The notes under the pieces were generated by a model. It saw only the letters and a program-made list of their open reading frames with translations, was not told the DNA's origin and did not search any database. From Rhizophagus irregularis (lineage: Eukaryota), in NCBI RefSeq assembly GCF_026210795.1, contig NC_089432.1, forward strand, positions 5,642,001 through 5,706,000: DNA of 64,000 nt, in the 5' to 3' direction. The position numbers were made by a program, and so were the translations under genes. This document shows positions 13,374-28,955 of the stretch, piece by piece; position 1 is the stretch's first letter, and each line of letters starts with the position of its first letter.

Positions 13374-13588
13374 GGTATAAATACATTGAAATCCAATTAC
13401 TATATCAATTTCCAAAATTAAAAAATATTAAATGGTTTTTAAGTAGTAACTCCGTCAATATTAACCACAGAGAGATGTGCTTACTTCCATTCGATTCGTC
13501 TTGATGAGGCGATTCCAACGAGCTATTAATCGTCCTTTTACAATCACTAGGTACCGAAAAATTTAGCAAAATGTTAAATGGCACAGTA

Positions 13589-13772
13589 CAGTCTAACCTC
13601 GATATACCGATATTCGATATACCGATATACTATTAAAAACTTGTTATACCGATAAAATTTTATTTTCCCACTATATGTGAGGACATATAAATATCGGTAT
13701 AACTTTGATATAACGATATTTTCTAAAAATTTCATATATGTCCCGACATATCGTTATATAAAGGTTTGACTG
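13589..13772. mobile_element. pogo/Tc1-mariner-type MITE (184 bp)
   Basis: TA TSD. TIR CAGTCTAACCTCGATATACCGATA vs TATCGTTATATAAAGGTTTGACTG. Confidence 0.85.
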
Positions 13773-14096
13773 TAAATGTAAATCAAAAAATATAATAATG
13801 CCGATGCTTAACATTTTATCAGCTAGTGGTCATAAAAGGATAAAACTACCACCATTCGATTCGCCTCAGTGAGATGATTCTAACAAGCTATGTTACATCT
13901 TTGTATGATTATTAGATGCCAAGTTATTTAATATATTCTTTATATAACTGTAATTATAAACGGTTTTTTTTAATATAAGATTTTTGAGAATAGATGTGAT
14001 AGTGACTATAGATAGATTGTGACTATATAGGATAGATTTTAATAATAAAGTGTTTTGAACATTCAACTGGTGTAACTATATAGTAGAATGTGACTA

Positions 14097-14404
14097 CAGT
14101 CATGCAAGCTTAGTAGAGCAATTAAATTTGATGAAATTTAAATTACTACTATTCATTCAAAAAAAAAGATAAACATAAAGTATAAACGTACAATGATAAA
14201 TCAGATTAAGCTTAATAAAACTATATTTTTAAATTTCCTGTAAAGTATTTTTTAATAAAGTAGTAGCAATTCAAAGTTGAAATATTTTACTATTGAATTA
14301 AATATTTGGCCATTTTATTCTGACCAGAATTACATGTAAATCTGGTCAAAATTACTAAAATTATATATAATTCTGGCTAGAATTAAGAAAGAGGAAGTTG
14401 ACTG
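14097..14404. mobile_element. Degenerate Tc1/pogo-type MITE
   Basis: TA-CAGTCA ... TGACTG-TA ends; TIR similarity further in is weak. Confidence 0.4.
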
Positions 14405-14979
14405 TAGCTACATTTTCTTCAATTTGAATTTTATGTTTGTCATTTGCTGCAATAAAGCAAACATAATCACAATAAAAAATTGAAAATTTATGCAAATAAT
14501 GAAAAAGACAAGCACAATAATATGCATCTGGATGGTTTTTACATAATTGTTAAGCTTGAATTTGATACTTAATTTGTGATTTGTATAACAATCAGAGAAA
14601 ATTACTATGCTAAATTGGGTGAAATTTTTGTAGATCATTTAGTATAATGAAAAATTGCATTTTTGATGTATTATAAAAAGATCATCTAGCCCATAGTAAC
14701 ACACCCAATTTATTAGCCAATTATAGTCATCATGATGTAACGTTATCTAATTTCTATTTTATCGTTATTTTGAAAATATTTTTAATGACTTTAGTTTGAG
14801 GGAAAGACAGATTCCAAGCTAATTTGAACTTGCGATTTCAATAATGGCAAAATTTAAATTTTATAATTTTTGTAATATTTTTATATATTCTTTTATAAAA
14901 CTGTTTATATATTATTATTTCATATTTATTTTATTATTTTATTATTTATTTTATTATTTTTATTATAACCGATACCTCT

Positions 14980-17240
14980 CCTAACATATTAAAGACATTT
15001 TTGCCATTTTTTGACGATGTTGTGCCAAATAACAAGATATCCAACCTTAAATAGTTTGCAGTTTTGGAATTTCTTTTTTATCCAACTCTTCTTCTTCGAC
15101 TTTTCTTCTGGGATTTTCTAGCATGGTGGCAGCGGTAAATCTTTTACTTTTATTAACGTTTCCTTCCAAAAAATATTCTTCCAAAAGTTTTCACACTCTT
15201 TTAGATATACGTTTTTCACCTCCTTTTTTACCATATTTTTGCTTACTTTTTAATGCCCATCCTGACTCCAAGGAAAACTCATGAAAGAAATTCCTATTGA
15301 GTAGGTAAGTTTCTAATTAGTAAATAACTATATACAGTATGTATTCAAACAATATACTTACCATATAACATTTTGATCTTGATTTTCAGAAATATCTTTT
15401 TCAAAAACAAACAGTAATTAGCATTTGTTTCAATATTTCAGATAAATTCTTTCTTGCCATTTTCCATTGTTTCTGTTTCATTAGCCAAGGCAAGTTCTAA
15501 TTCTTTGATCAACTCATCTCTTTTAGCAGTATTGACAACATTGATATTTCATTTTTTCAATTCAGATAATAATCATTCTCTTGTCAATCTTTTAGAATCA
15601 ATACCTAGATTGGAGGCAAAATGAAAGTTGGATAATATTCACAAAAAGATGAAGAGGTAACGCACCTGATACGTTTGGTATAGCAACTATCCATTTATTT
15701 TTAGGAGTTGTATGAATTAATACCACAGGTTCTGGAATTTCAATTTGCTTTTTCTGCAAATTAGCTATCTGTACTGGTGAAAACTCTATCCATTCTCAAA
15801 TATTAGGAATCTCTCGACTAAAAATATAACCTGCCATTGATCCTTCTCCCGGCCAAGTCCATTCAAATAAATTAGAATTGCCAGAAAGAGTATTTTTCGT
15901 CTTCTTATTTTGGTCTAAAGTAAGTCAAAATTAGATAATATAATTTTTATTATTTTCATTTGATCTAAAACTCACCTTTTATTAGATTTGATTCCAAATA
16001 TGCAACAAATGTTTCACAAATATCTTTAATTGCAGCTTTGATATCAGTACCCTCCATTATATCCAATCCAAGACGTACTTGATGTTTGATTGCATGGGTA
16101 ATCTAATGTATTGATACTCATTATATAAGTAGGTCATATCTCTTATTTATTTTTGTTAATACTTGGGCTATACTTCTCCGCTAATTAATTACGTCGTATT
16201 TCGGCGAACGGACCAATTCACTATTTATTATAAAATTACTATGAATTAATTACGTCTGTCAAAATACATTACGTCTGTCAAAATAAATTTAATTAGTATT
16301 TTGTCATTTTGACGAAAAGTATAACTTGGGCATGATGGCTGTCAATAGTTGTTTTTGCCTTTCCTGCTTCCAGGAATATCCATTTCTTTACATTTATTTG
16401 ATATCATTCTAACCAATTTCCTAAAATCATCATTAGATCAGTATTGTGATAGTGAGGACCATTATCTGAAATAATTGTGATCCACTTCGGCTTATTTTCT
16501 AGTGATTCAATTACAGCATGATGAAGTGATGAAGCTGTAAACCAAGAGTCTTGACATGCATCCATTGACCAATAATCATAAGCATGAACATCAAGTTCTT
16601 GATACCCTGGCTTTTTTGTATATATAAGAATTGTATGTAATGTCCAACCTTTCTTCCCAAAGAATTCTGCTTTTATTTCTTTAGCACTTTTTGGAAGTAT
16701 TTTCATTTTATAATCAACCACTAATACAGCGCTATTCTCATCCAAATCCAATAGATTAGCATTAAATTAGACGTTTAAATAAACTTTACGAGCTTGATGA
16801 GCAAGATAATATAACAGATGGTTTTGATATTCATCAAGATCTTTGTGCAAATCTATAGAAATCTGATTTTTAAGATGTCTAAAAAAGGTAAATAATTCAG
16901 CACATTCTTGAGATGCATGTGTATGTTGTTCTGTGTAAATTCCAAATGCCCACAGTAAGCAATAACTAATACAAAGATTATGTTTTGTTATTCCTTTTTT
17001 ATCAACAATCAGATTTTTTTCATAATCTCTTTTCAAAAATCATTGTAACCTTTTCAACTCATCAAGAAATTGTTTCTAAAATCAATGAAATGTATGTATA
17101 AGAAATTATCTTTAAAAATAAGAATTTTATTATATTAGCCAAGTACCTTATTTATGCTATCCATAAACTTATTTTCAATAAGCTTTCTAATATCATCAAA
17201 TATTTCATATCCATACCGGCTCCACACATTACATAAGATA
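14980..17240 (-). pseudogene. Decayed multi-exon DDD transposase (Sola-like); boundaries approximate
   Basis: Motifs VDYKMKILP..FFGKKGWTLH, IISDNGPHYHN and FLEAGKAKTTIDSHHAQ, with introns, stops and frameshifts. The superfamily is assigned from recalled motifs only. Confidence 0.55.
16169..16323. mobile_element. 155-bp MITE with 8-bp TSD
   Basis: Perfect TSD ACTTGGGC at 16161-16168 and 16324-16331. TIR TATACTTCTC/GAAAAGTATA. Confidence 0.85.
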
Positions 17241-17824
17241 TAAGGTCAAATATTTTGATGGATCATAGTACTTGAGACAATAGGTTAGAAAGAGGAACAA
17301 TAGATTAGATAATAATATACATAATAAAAAGAGAGTTAGATGCAATTCTACATAGTGAAAAGAAATTTTTTTGAGTTTTAGAACATTGGTACATAATATT
17401 AATAGTTTTAGAAAAACAATTAAGGAAAAAAAAATAAATAAGGTTTAAATATTAAAATTTTATAACAACTTATGAAAAGTAAATAGAATTCTTTAGGCTA
17501 ATTAAAGAATTCTAAATATTTCTTATTTATACTAAATAAAATAGTATTATTTCATATTAAGTTATATCTAAATTTACTTTGATATTGAAATGTTAAAAAT
17601 CTTAAAAATTAATTTACTACCTACTACTCAAAAACAGAATAATTATTAGTTTATTTGAAATAATAAAGTTTAAATACAAAGTTTTGCTAATATAATCCTA
17701 TTTATAACTATTATTATAAAAAATATATAAACATGTATTACATTCCTCATTTTATTATCTCCAATTAAAAAGTCATGATTATATATTATAAGAATTTTTT
17801 TTTCCCTGAAAATGCGAATAAATC

Positions 17825-18214
17825 ATGTATGATTTCAAAGTAAATTTTCTTTACAAAATTCTTCTTACATCTCATGAACTTCCGCCACTTTCCTCTTTAG
17901 AAATACCAATTCCATTAACGCCATTAGATAAAAAAGATGGTTTTATACATCTTTCAAATTCCACGCAAGTTATACAAACAGCAGTTAGATTTTTTGGTAA
18001 CGAAGATGAAATTTTAGTATTGAAAATATCTTATAATCAAAATGGCATAAAAGAAAATGTTAAATGGGAAGCACCACCAGAATTAGAAGAACGTTTCCCC
18101 CACTTATATGGTGATTTATTGATTAAACATATTATAGATATTGTCCAAGTAAAAAGTTTGAGAAAAGGCGGAGATGAAGGGTTTGAGTGGCCTAAAGGAT
18201 GGTTGGAAACATAA
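17825..18214 (+). CDS. DUF952 family protein (single exon, 129 aa)
   Basis: Typical motifs LYKI, D..DGFIHLS...QV..TA.RFF, VKWE, FPHLYG. Confidence 0.88.
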   Translation: MYDFKVNFLYKILLTSHELPPLSSLEIPIPLTPLDKKDGFIHLSNSTQVIQTAVRFFGNEDEILVLKISYNQNGIKENVKWEAPPELEERFPHLYGDLLIKHIIDIVQVKSLRKGGDEGFEWPKGWLET

Positions 18215-18621
18215 TCGTTACATGATTATTTCTCCAGATTTTAATTAACAATATTGTATAAATCCTAAGATAATTACATCCTTGTTATCAAGTCAGATAG
18301 TTATTATAATTTCAATTATTGTGCTAAAATGTCCACCAGTCGTTTAAATTAATTAGAATTAGGAATTTTTTTTTTTATGATAATGATACAGATATATTGA
18401 TACTTAAAGCAATAACACAGACTTTTATAAAACCTTTAAATATCTATTTTACAAATAAAAAATTAAATAATCAAATGCAAATTAGTTCAATCAATTAAAT
18501 AAAGTGTTTGAAATATAAATGTTACGTGTCCAAAAAGCTGTACATACAAATCCGAATTACTTATATAAAAAAATGATTTTTGCGATTCTTAATATAAACA
18601 CTGCCTCTACGTACGTTCGAA

Positions 18622-20211
18622 TCAAATATATGTTATGGTTGTTCCTGCCTTCAGAGTTTGCCATGATCTGACCAACCACTTATAGAATTCGTTGCGTAAT
18701 TTTTCTTTAATATTTGTTCTGTTTGAAAACATGAACAATATCATGATGAAAAAAAAGATTCCAGGAATTGACATTTTTGACATCATCCTTTGCAAATACA
18801 ACATAAAATATTCCACCATACGATTAAAAGAAGTTGTAGATGATGTTGATACTATACGATTAACAGCAGATGATGTTGGTGATGGAATCTGTCGATTATC
18901 TACAATGTTTCTACTATTTGTTGTTATCGCCGTTGTTCTCGTTCCAGGGTGTAAAGAACGAATGAATTGTTTATTGTTACGTATCATCATATTTGACGAA
19001 AACGAAGACGTTCCATTATTAACATATTTTTGGTTGTTATTTGCAAACATTCCCAAACCATTTATATGAGCATTTTCTGTTCGAGTGGTAAAGAAGCCAT
19101 TAACATGATGACCATTGGCATCTTCCTTTTTTAATTTATCTTTTTTTAATTTGATAAGTTTAGGTGGCGTGGGTTTATTAGACTTCTCTTTTAATTTCAA
19201 GAGGGTATGCTCATAAACCTTTGAACGAAGTCAACAAATAGTTATATTTAGTACTAGAATCTTTTAAAAAAAATGTTATTAAAATCCGCTTACTTTCTTG
19301 CGTTCATTATTAATAACTTCGTTATCAGCAAGGAATTTTGAAGCTAAATCCCAGTCCCTCAATTTTGGCAGCACTTGTAAAACATACAATTCCACGACTT
19401 TTTCATAAGATTTTAAAATTGGGTCATCAGTTACGCCTTTAGAAGATATACGTTCAAGATGTAATATTAATTCGTCTGAGAGTGCATTAAGCCATTCTTC
19501 GATTATATTGCGTCCGTTTGGTGCTTGTTGTTGATTTAAACAAAATAGGATACTAATAATTATAATTTTTAGTTTTGAACCATCAAAAATAAACATACAA
19601 AAAAAAGAGTGGTTAATCGGTTAATCATTAAAATTCATATTGGTAAAGAAAAAATAAAAATTAACTTGATTATATATTATTTGTTCAATAATAATAATAA
19701 ATTTATAACATACTGTGCACATTTACCATTATTATAAACTTCTTACCCACCATGCTACGACAACTTCACCAGGAACTTCGCCAGTTTCCTCGCCATATCC
19801 TTCATTAATAACTTTAAGCCATACGTCGCTAACAACTTTCTCAGCTGATCGTTCTAAAAGTCTCTTAATCTCGAGATCTTTTGTTATTATTGGCGGTTTT
19901 TCTGCAAATACAGCTGCAATTAGATTAATATAGAGGATCCAAATTTTAGTTTGTAAAATTTTTGCTGAAGGTGAGGAAGAAATCGGTGAGAAATTTGTGA
20001 GTTTAGAGATTGCAGCGGAACATAGTGAATGCGCAGAATCATATTTTCGTAAAAGAAAATCATCTTTTGCCTTTTGATATAAGGAAGTAAGAGATTGTAA
20101 GTCTATAGAATTTGAAGGAGACATTATATGGTTGTGTTTTACTTGAGAAGAAGTCAAGAATTGTGGTGAAGAAAGATGAGAGTCAACAGAGGGAGTCTCA
20201 GGAGGAGCCAT
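18622..20211 (-). CDS. PEX26: Peroxin PEX26-like tail-anchored peroxisomal membrane protein; exons 20211-19751, 19552-19294, 19218-18622
   Basis: In-frame GT-AG junctions. YEKVVELYVLQVLPKLRDWDLA..FL motif, C-terminal hydrophobic segment and WQTLKAGTTITYI ending resemble fungal Pex26. Confidence 0.72.
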
Positions 20212-21199
20212 CGTTAAATAAAATATTCAGTATGAATAAGAAGCGATACAAGTATATATAGTCGCCAAACTAATTGAAGATCATACTATCTTATCGTTAT
20301 CATTTTCCATCACATCACATAAATAACGTGATTCTTTTTATGATTAAAAAAAGTTAAGCACAGCTAAGTTTTTTTATATTAATATAAAGATTAGTCAGCT
20401 CACAGAGCATAAATCAAAGTAATAAGAATGTTATAACAAAGCCAAACTATATTATATATTCTAAAACATTCAATTTCAAAGGAGTTGAATATGATGAGAT
20501 CCAAGTAAGAAGTTAAAGGGAAATAACAATTCGTAATATTAAAAATTTTTTTTTTGCCCGTAAAATAATATATATAAATATATACACAAGCACAACTTGA
20601 CAACTTTTTGACTATTTTAACCATAATATTTTTTGTTTTTTTATCAACATGGATAAAAACCCCTCACACCTTACTAACTTATCGTTTTAAACTAAGTTAA
20701 ACCCAATTTGTTGATGTACTAACTAGAATCAAATATATGAAAGAAAAAAATAAAAAATAAAAGAAAAAAAAATTTCACACGCATACGCAAACTCCTCCCA
20801 ACCAGATATACTTTTCCTCGTCATAACACTTCAACAATGAATTACAAACTGTAAAACCGGAGAACATTATATAATTTCGTTGTTATATAAAGTATACATT
20901 AGAATTCATCCAATGATACTTGTTCATCCAACAAAAAAATTCATACATACTTTCATAAAAAAAAAAAATTTTCAAACGCTCGGTCGCTTTTTTCTCTATT
21001 GCAATTTTGTATAGGTTAATTTTTAAAGAATAATCAAAAAAAAAAAGAAACATAAAGCAAGAAAAAATATATATATGAAAGGTGAAAATTTGAAGAAAAA
21101 AATATATATTTGGAATTCCATGAAAAAAAATTGTTATCAGATTCAAATAGTAAAAATATGAATGTTAATAAAAAATTATGGATAATTGTCAGTATGTAA

Positions 21200-22685
<1,486 letters not shown>

Positions 22686-25600
22686 ATTCCCTTCACTCTC
22701 GTATTAAGATTTTGCAAGAGTTATGAAAGCTTTAATAAAGAAGGAGTTTGTGTTTACGGCGTCTTGACACAGCGGCACAAATAATTAGAGGCACTGAAAA
22801 CCAAAAATATAAAGATCGAGTGAAAAACACGTTAGCAAAGAGTTTTGATGGTTTGTTTAAACAACTATTATTTAAGTTAAACTGTCCAGATGAGAGTAGT
22901 CGATGGAAACTGCAACACGAGTTAACGGCAAGGGTTCACTAATATTTGTGACTGGGCTGTGTACAGGCATCCAGCATAATATACGAAGGTGTGGAGGAAG
23001 TCATGGGTAACACTTTTTTATTCTGTATTTTTCAATTTAACTTTCGTTTTTCCTTTTCATTATCAAATTTAATACATACAAATAGGTAGCGAGACAGGGA
23101 GCGAAATGGTCGGGCAGAGAGAATGCGTTTTTGTGTGGGATAGGAAGACGACGAGTAGGTTGGTTGGCCTGAGTTGGATGAGTAAGCAAAAAAAGTAGAA
23201 AGTGAGAGCTGGATTGGACTGTTTTGTGAGCGAGGATGAACTCTATGGTGCTGATTACCCAAAACAGAATTTTGGTGACATGAATGATGATGCTTTGATG
23301 CATCATTCGTACTTGTTACCACAACTCTCCTCATTTTATAGCCAATCTCCCTATAATCGTTTCAATTTCAAAATGATTTAAAAGATAACGGATTTATTTT
23401 TCCTAAATTCCAACCTTTTTTTTATATATATATCCAAAACAACATAAATATAGCTCAATTATATTTTATATCATTAAGATTTACCGTTATATTATATAAA
23501 CCTCCTCCCTTTAAATAAAATGATTGACAATTAAAAGGTGGCGAAAGTTAAGTTTTATAAACGAATGATTTTGCCAATGGTTATTCTGCACTCTGCAGTG
23601 ATTATATTATTCTTGCAGAGACATGGTTATCATTTTGATTAACTTTGCCTTTAAATAAGATGAGGAAACGTAGTTTTTCAATGAGTTCATATGAATTTAA
23701 AAGGTTATGTTATAATTAATTATTCATCAGGTTTTAAAACAAGATCTACAGATTGGTGGTCAATATATAAAAACAATATATTTTATTTGTCCATTTGTTC
23801 AAATATAATTTAAAAAAATATTATTGCTAATAATTAAAATTTCAAATTTAAAAAAAAAGTATATTTGAAAATAATAACCAGCTAGTAAAGAATATTAGTA
23901 TTAAATGTATTAAATTGATTAATAGATTTTTTTCAAATTAATATTTTTGGCTTTAAGAAGTTTATTCCTTTTTATAAAAAATAAATTAAAGAAAATCTAA
24001 ATCTAATAACAAAAAGTATTGTCAATAAAAATAAAGTACTTCTACTATAAATTACCAGATTTTATAAAATTTACTTATTGATTTTTAATTTAATAAAATT
24101 CAGCCAAAATTTTAGTTTTTATATTAAATAAAAAAAAACTTTTTAAAAAATAAATATTGAATAATTTTTTTATTATAAAGAAATAAAAACATAAAAAAAA
24201 TTATTAAATTAGTATAATAAAATAGTTTTTTTTTATATTTTAAAAATCAGTAATTTTTATACTATATAAAATTAACCAATTTTTTTTTATTTAAAAAAAT
24301 GTTTTTTAAACATTAAAAAATTATTTTATTACTAATTATAAGTAATAAATTTATTATATTTCCATTTTTTTGCAATAAGAAAATTTTTTATTTTTAAAAT
24401 ATTTTATTTTTATATTTAAAAATAATTTTAGATAAATTTATTAAAAAATAATTTCTATATAACTTGAAAATTAATAAGTAAATTTATAAAATAGGATAAT
24501 AGTAAAATGTATTATTTGACATTATAATTATTTATAAATATATTTTATTATAATCTTATAGTTTAAAAAGCTGTTAATTCAAAATAAAGAAATATTTTAA
24601 GTTATTTATAATATTAAAAATAAGCAAAAGAAATTTTATAAGAAAACTCATAAATTAAATGAACTATTGGAAAAAGTTTGATATATATATCTAAAATCCC
24701 GCTTATTTATAATAAAAGTTATTATAGAAAATTAGCCCTTTATTAATGATTTTTACTTTTTTCTTAAATTTTATTGGTTAATTGGCTAAAAAGAAAAAAT
24801 CATAACAATGTAATATAAAATTTTCTTTTATAGTAGAATTTGCAAAAAATTTTATATATAATTTTTATCTTAAACTTGGAAGTAACCTATCTTATAAGTA
24901 AGCAGAATCCTATATACTTGTAATACAAATTTATAAAATATTTTCTTTGAATAGAAAAGTTATTGTATACTGTTTTTTTTTACTTGTTAAAAAAAATTTA
25001 TAATAAAGAACAAGAAATTCCAAAAAAAATTTTTTTTATTAAAATCCTGTAAAATTAATTATGAAATGTTGATCATTTTCTCTGGTTAAATAATAATTTA
25101 TCTCTTAAACATATTAGATTTATAAAACTATATAAAGAAAATAATAATAATAATAGTAAAGGTATATCAAAAATCAGCTGATTTAAAAGGATTAAACTTT
25201 AAATCAAGTCTATATATATCATGTGATATTTATATATTTAAATATTAAATATAACATATGGGCTAATTTTGCTTATCTTCAATTCTATTATATACTATAA
25301 TGATTATATATATATATTAGTTATATCAGTTGTACATAATTTTTTTCATGTTTTATTTTCAACATTATTTTCTATAGTAATAATAAAAAACTAGTTATCT
25401 ATTTACTGCAAATTTTACTTTAAAATTTTTACAACTTGTCAAAAATTACTTGTTCATAAAAGAAATAAACATTTACATAATAAAATAATACTCTATTTTT
25501 ATTCATTATCATCATAATGTTGGACTAACTGAAACCTTATGTTTACTAAATAGCAATATTTAATAAGCATTAAAATTTTATATTTATTAAGCAATAAATG

Positions 25601-26494
25601 CTTAATATATTAAATAAATACTAAATTTTAATATTTATTAACTATTTGATTTTTTAAGCATTTTATTAATATTTTAAGTATAAAATACTTAAATGCATTT
25701 TACCAATCTTAATAAGCATTAATAATAAAATATAAATAAATTATTTTAACTAATATCATGATAAATAAATATTGTCTTATATTATTTTTTTATAATTTTT
25801 ATTAAAAAAAAACTTGGTTTCTTCAAACATTTTGTTAGAAATAAATGTCTTTATTTCAATTGAAAATTTTTTAGAAAATATATTTGTATATTTTTTTAAA
25901 GATGAAGAAATATTTAAATACAGCCCTATTCAATACAAATATTAATGTATTTTTGAAGAATTTGCAGGAGAAACAGAATTTTATTACAAATACTATGAGT
26001 TATATTTTATTTAAAAACTATAAAAATACAAAATATATATTAAATCAAATTTATATAAAATTATTAAACAGTATTATTAAAAAATTTATAATAAAAAATT
26101 TAACCTGTAATTTTTACTGATTCTGAATAGTTTCAAAAAAAGTAAATTTCTATATAATTTTTGAATATGTTATTTTTTATTATAATAGTGGGAATCACTA
26201 GTCAAAATTGTCCAAATCAGATAGAAATCGATCATCTAATTTTAATCTGATTTATAACTCAATTTTGACCGATTTTTTAAAAAGGCAATATTCCGTTTAG
26301 GTTCTGAGTAGTTGCCACTCAGATATAATTCAGAATAAGAAATTGGATATAAATCGAATATAAATCAACAAATACTACTAAATTCGACACTATTAATTAG
26401 ACATAAATCAACTAAATTTATTATATAATAAATCAGATATAAATCAGATATAATTCAATTACAATTCAATTTATAAATTCAGATATACTATAAA

Positions 26495-26712
26495 ATATAT
26501 TATAATACGCAAAACTAAAAAAATAGAGTAAAATAAATTTATATATGCTATAAAATATAATATATAATACGCAAAACTAAAAAAATAGAGTAAAATAAAT
26601 TTATATATGCTATAAAATATAATATATAATACGCAAAACTAAAAAAAGAGTAAAATTAATTCAGATATGTAATAAAACATACTATAATACGCAAAAATAA
26701 AAAAAAGAGTAA
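26495..26712. repeat. ~56-bp tandem repeat, about 4 copies
   Basis: Unit TATAATACGCAAAACTAAAAAAATAGAGTAAAATAAAT... repeated directly, just past the stop of the CACTA accessory ORF. Confidence 0.85.
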
Positions 26713-26747
26713 ATTAATAATAAAATAGAATTCTGAAATTCCAACCA

Positions 26748-28955
26748 TTAATCTTCTTGCATAAAACTTTCAGATTTATCCGCTTTATCTTCTAAAATTG
26801 CGTTTAAATCTTCATCATCAATATTTAAATCGTCTGTATATTCTGTGTCATATACCATATCTGGTTGATCAACATATGACCAATCGGGAGCATCATCCGG
26901 TGGTATTTTATCATAGCATTGTATCTCGTCATCATAGTTCCGAGGTCGCAATTGCTGCGCCATTTGTCTCACTCTTACATGTTTATCGAGAACATTTCTT
27001 AATAAAAGTCTCAACTAAAATGTAAAAATAAATAAAATCAGAAAATGTAAAAATAAGTAAAATCAGAATTAGTGAAAATAAGTAAAATCGGAATTAGTAA
27101 AAATTTATAGCAAAATAAATTATCAAAATAAAATAAGTAACCTCTTCTGAGCGCCACAATAGATCATAAACATTAATGACCGATTTTGAACCTTTATCTT
27201 CAGTTTTACTCACTTCCAGTGAATGATATGCATGATTTGCCAGAATTTTTAACAGATCCCGTTTTCTATAACTCATAATTCGGCTATCCTTTTTATTAAA
27301 GAGATCTTTCACAGCCTTTATCCTTCGCAATTTTTTCTGATTGATAAATTTAAAATGAGTTAATATGGATTATTAATTTGCCGCTGGATTACATTACATA
27401 CATTATCATTTAATCTATTATTGGCATGAACTCGTCGATTGTTCATGCTTTCTTTGCCGGATATCCTCAAACTCAACTTAGATCGTCGAGATTTATGTAG
27501 GCTACTTAACCACCTTGTTACTTGGTTAAAGGATGGTCGATAATTTGGAGCAAGTGATTTTCAGATTTTGGGAATTAATTTACATTGAATTTTAATGTTT
27601 TTTGCACTGTTAAACGTTTCATTGTAGTTTAAGTTATATTTATCATTAAGTGTTTTTAAGATTGATTTCATTTTGATCTAATTGATATTTAGAAAAAGAA
27701 AAATTAGAGAAAGTATTATGAAATAATAAAAATTAGCAACAAACAGATATATTAGTAGAAAATTCAGTATAAATTTGTGGTGCCAAAAATGTTAGTTATT
27801 GAAATTAGTAATTATAAAGTTAGTATACGAATTTGCGTTGAAATTAGTAAAAAATTAGTAATTATAAAGTTAGTATACGAATTTGTGTTGAAATTAGTAA
27901 AAAATTAGTAATTATAAAGTTAGTATACGAATTTGCGTTAAATTAGTAAAAAATTAGTAATTATAAAGTTAGTATACAAATTTGTGTTAAAATTAGTAAA
28001 AAATTAGTAATTATAAAGTTAGTATACGAATTTGCATTAAATTAATAAAAAATTAGTAATTCGTAAAAGTTAGTATATAAATTGTGTTAAATTAGAATTG
28101 TGTTAAATTAATAAAAATTTGTAAATTGTCGTAAAAGATGAAATTAGTATTGAAATCAGTTGCAAAAATTAGTATCAAATATGATTGTCAAAACTCAACA
28201 AACCCTTGCTTCTCTTTCGTTAGGCTCTTCGGGTGATTCTTCAGTTGCATTCGATTTGGAATCCATCAAGTCGTCATCAACATCTTCGTCTTTATCGTCA
28301 TCGTCACTTATTTGGACTACGCTTCTTTTGCCCTGGCTTTTTTGGAAAGATGCTTGGATTCGATATCATTGATCTCACTTGTTCTGATTTTTCTTTTTAA
28401 TTCTTCATTTTCTGTACCGAATGCATCGTTAATTTCCATAAGCGTACTGAAATTCTCTTTTAAGCTTTTTAATTCCTTAGAAATATCTACGTTTGTTTTC
28501 TCTAACTTCGTGTTTTTATTACACAAATTGGTTATTATTGCACGTAATTTATGATTTTCTAAAATTTATTAACCAAATTCGGAAACAAACAAACTTTCAA
28601 TGTAAAGCAACCAAAACAGCAACCAATTTTAGCAATTTTGTTATAATTATACCAGTTTCCAAAGATGGATTATCATTATCAAGGTCTAAATTATGGCGAA
28701 GTTCCTTTTGCTTTTCTAAATAGGAATCTGGAACCTTGAAATTTTTATATTGTTCTTTCATATGCTGAACTTTTGATTTTGAAGTAACGGTCAATTTGCT
28801 AGTGGTAGCAGGCGCAGGAGTAGTTTCGTTGCTAGTGGTGGCATCAGGAGGAATTTCAGAAGCGCTTTTGCTAGTGGTGGTTGCGGTGGCAGCAGGAGTA
28901 ATTTTAGACGGATATTTATAAACTTTGGTAATTTTTTTTTTTCTTGTTGGAACAT
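26748..28955 (-). pseudogene. CACTA accessory ORF (multi-exon, coiled coil plus acidic tail), disrupted
   Basis: Exon fragments include YHSLEVS..E, LWRSEE|LRLLLRNVLD and PPDDAPDW. Transcribed divergently from the transposase. Frameshifts and stops. Confidence 0.65.
27801..28085. repeat. ~46-bp tandem repeat, about 6 copies (intronic in the CACTA accessory ORF)
   Basis: Unit AAATTAGTAAAAAATTAGTAATTATAAAGTTAGTATACGAATTTGCGTT. Confidence 0.88.

Larger units (their letters stand above)
12770..13900 (+). repeat. Four diverged copies of the CCATTCGA..CGTCTC-nnn-GAGACGAATC palindromic module
   Basis: Copies near 12790, 12938, 13488 and 13852, homologous to the clean units at 62072-62906. Interrupted by two MITEs. 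Confidence 0.7.

Noticed and set aside
17825..18214. Bacterial horizontal transfer of the intronless DUF952 gene
   Set aside because: DUF952 is widespread in fungi, composition matches the host, and the lack of introns in a 390-bp gene is uninformative.
23850..26150. Possible gene relic in extremely AT-rich DNA (also 1-1300 and 34850-36400)
   Set aside because: It hints at a decayed coding or transposon origin, but I could not support any motif or boundary.
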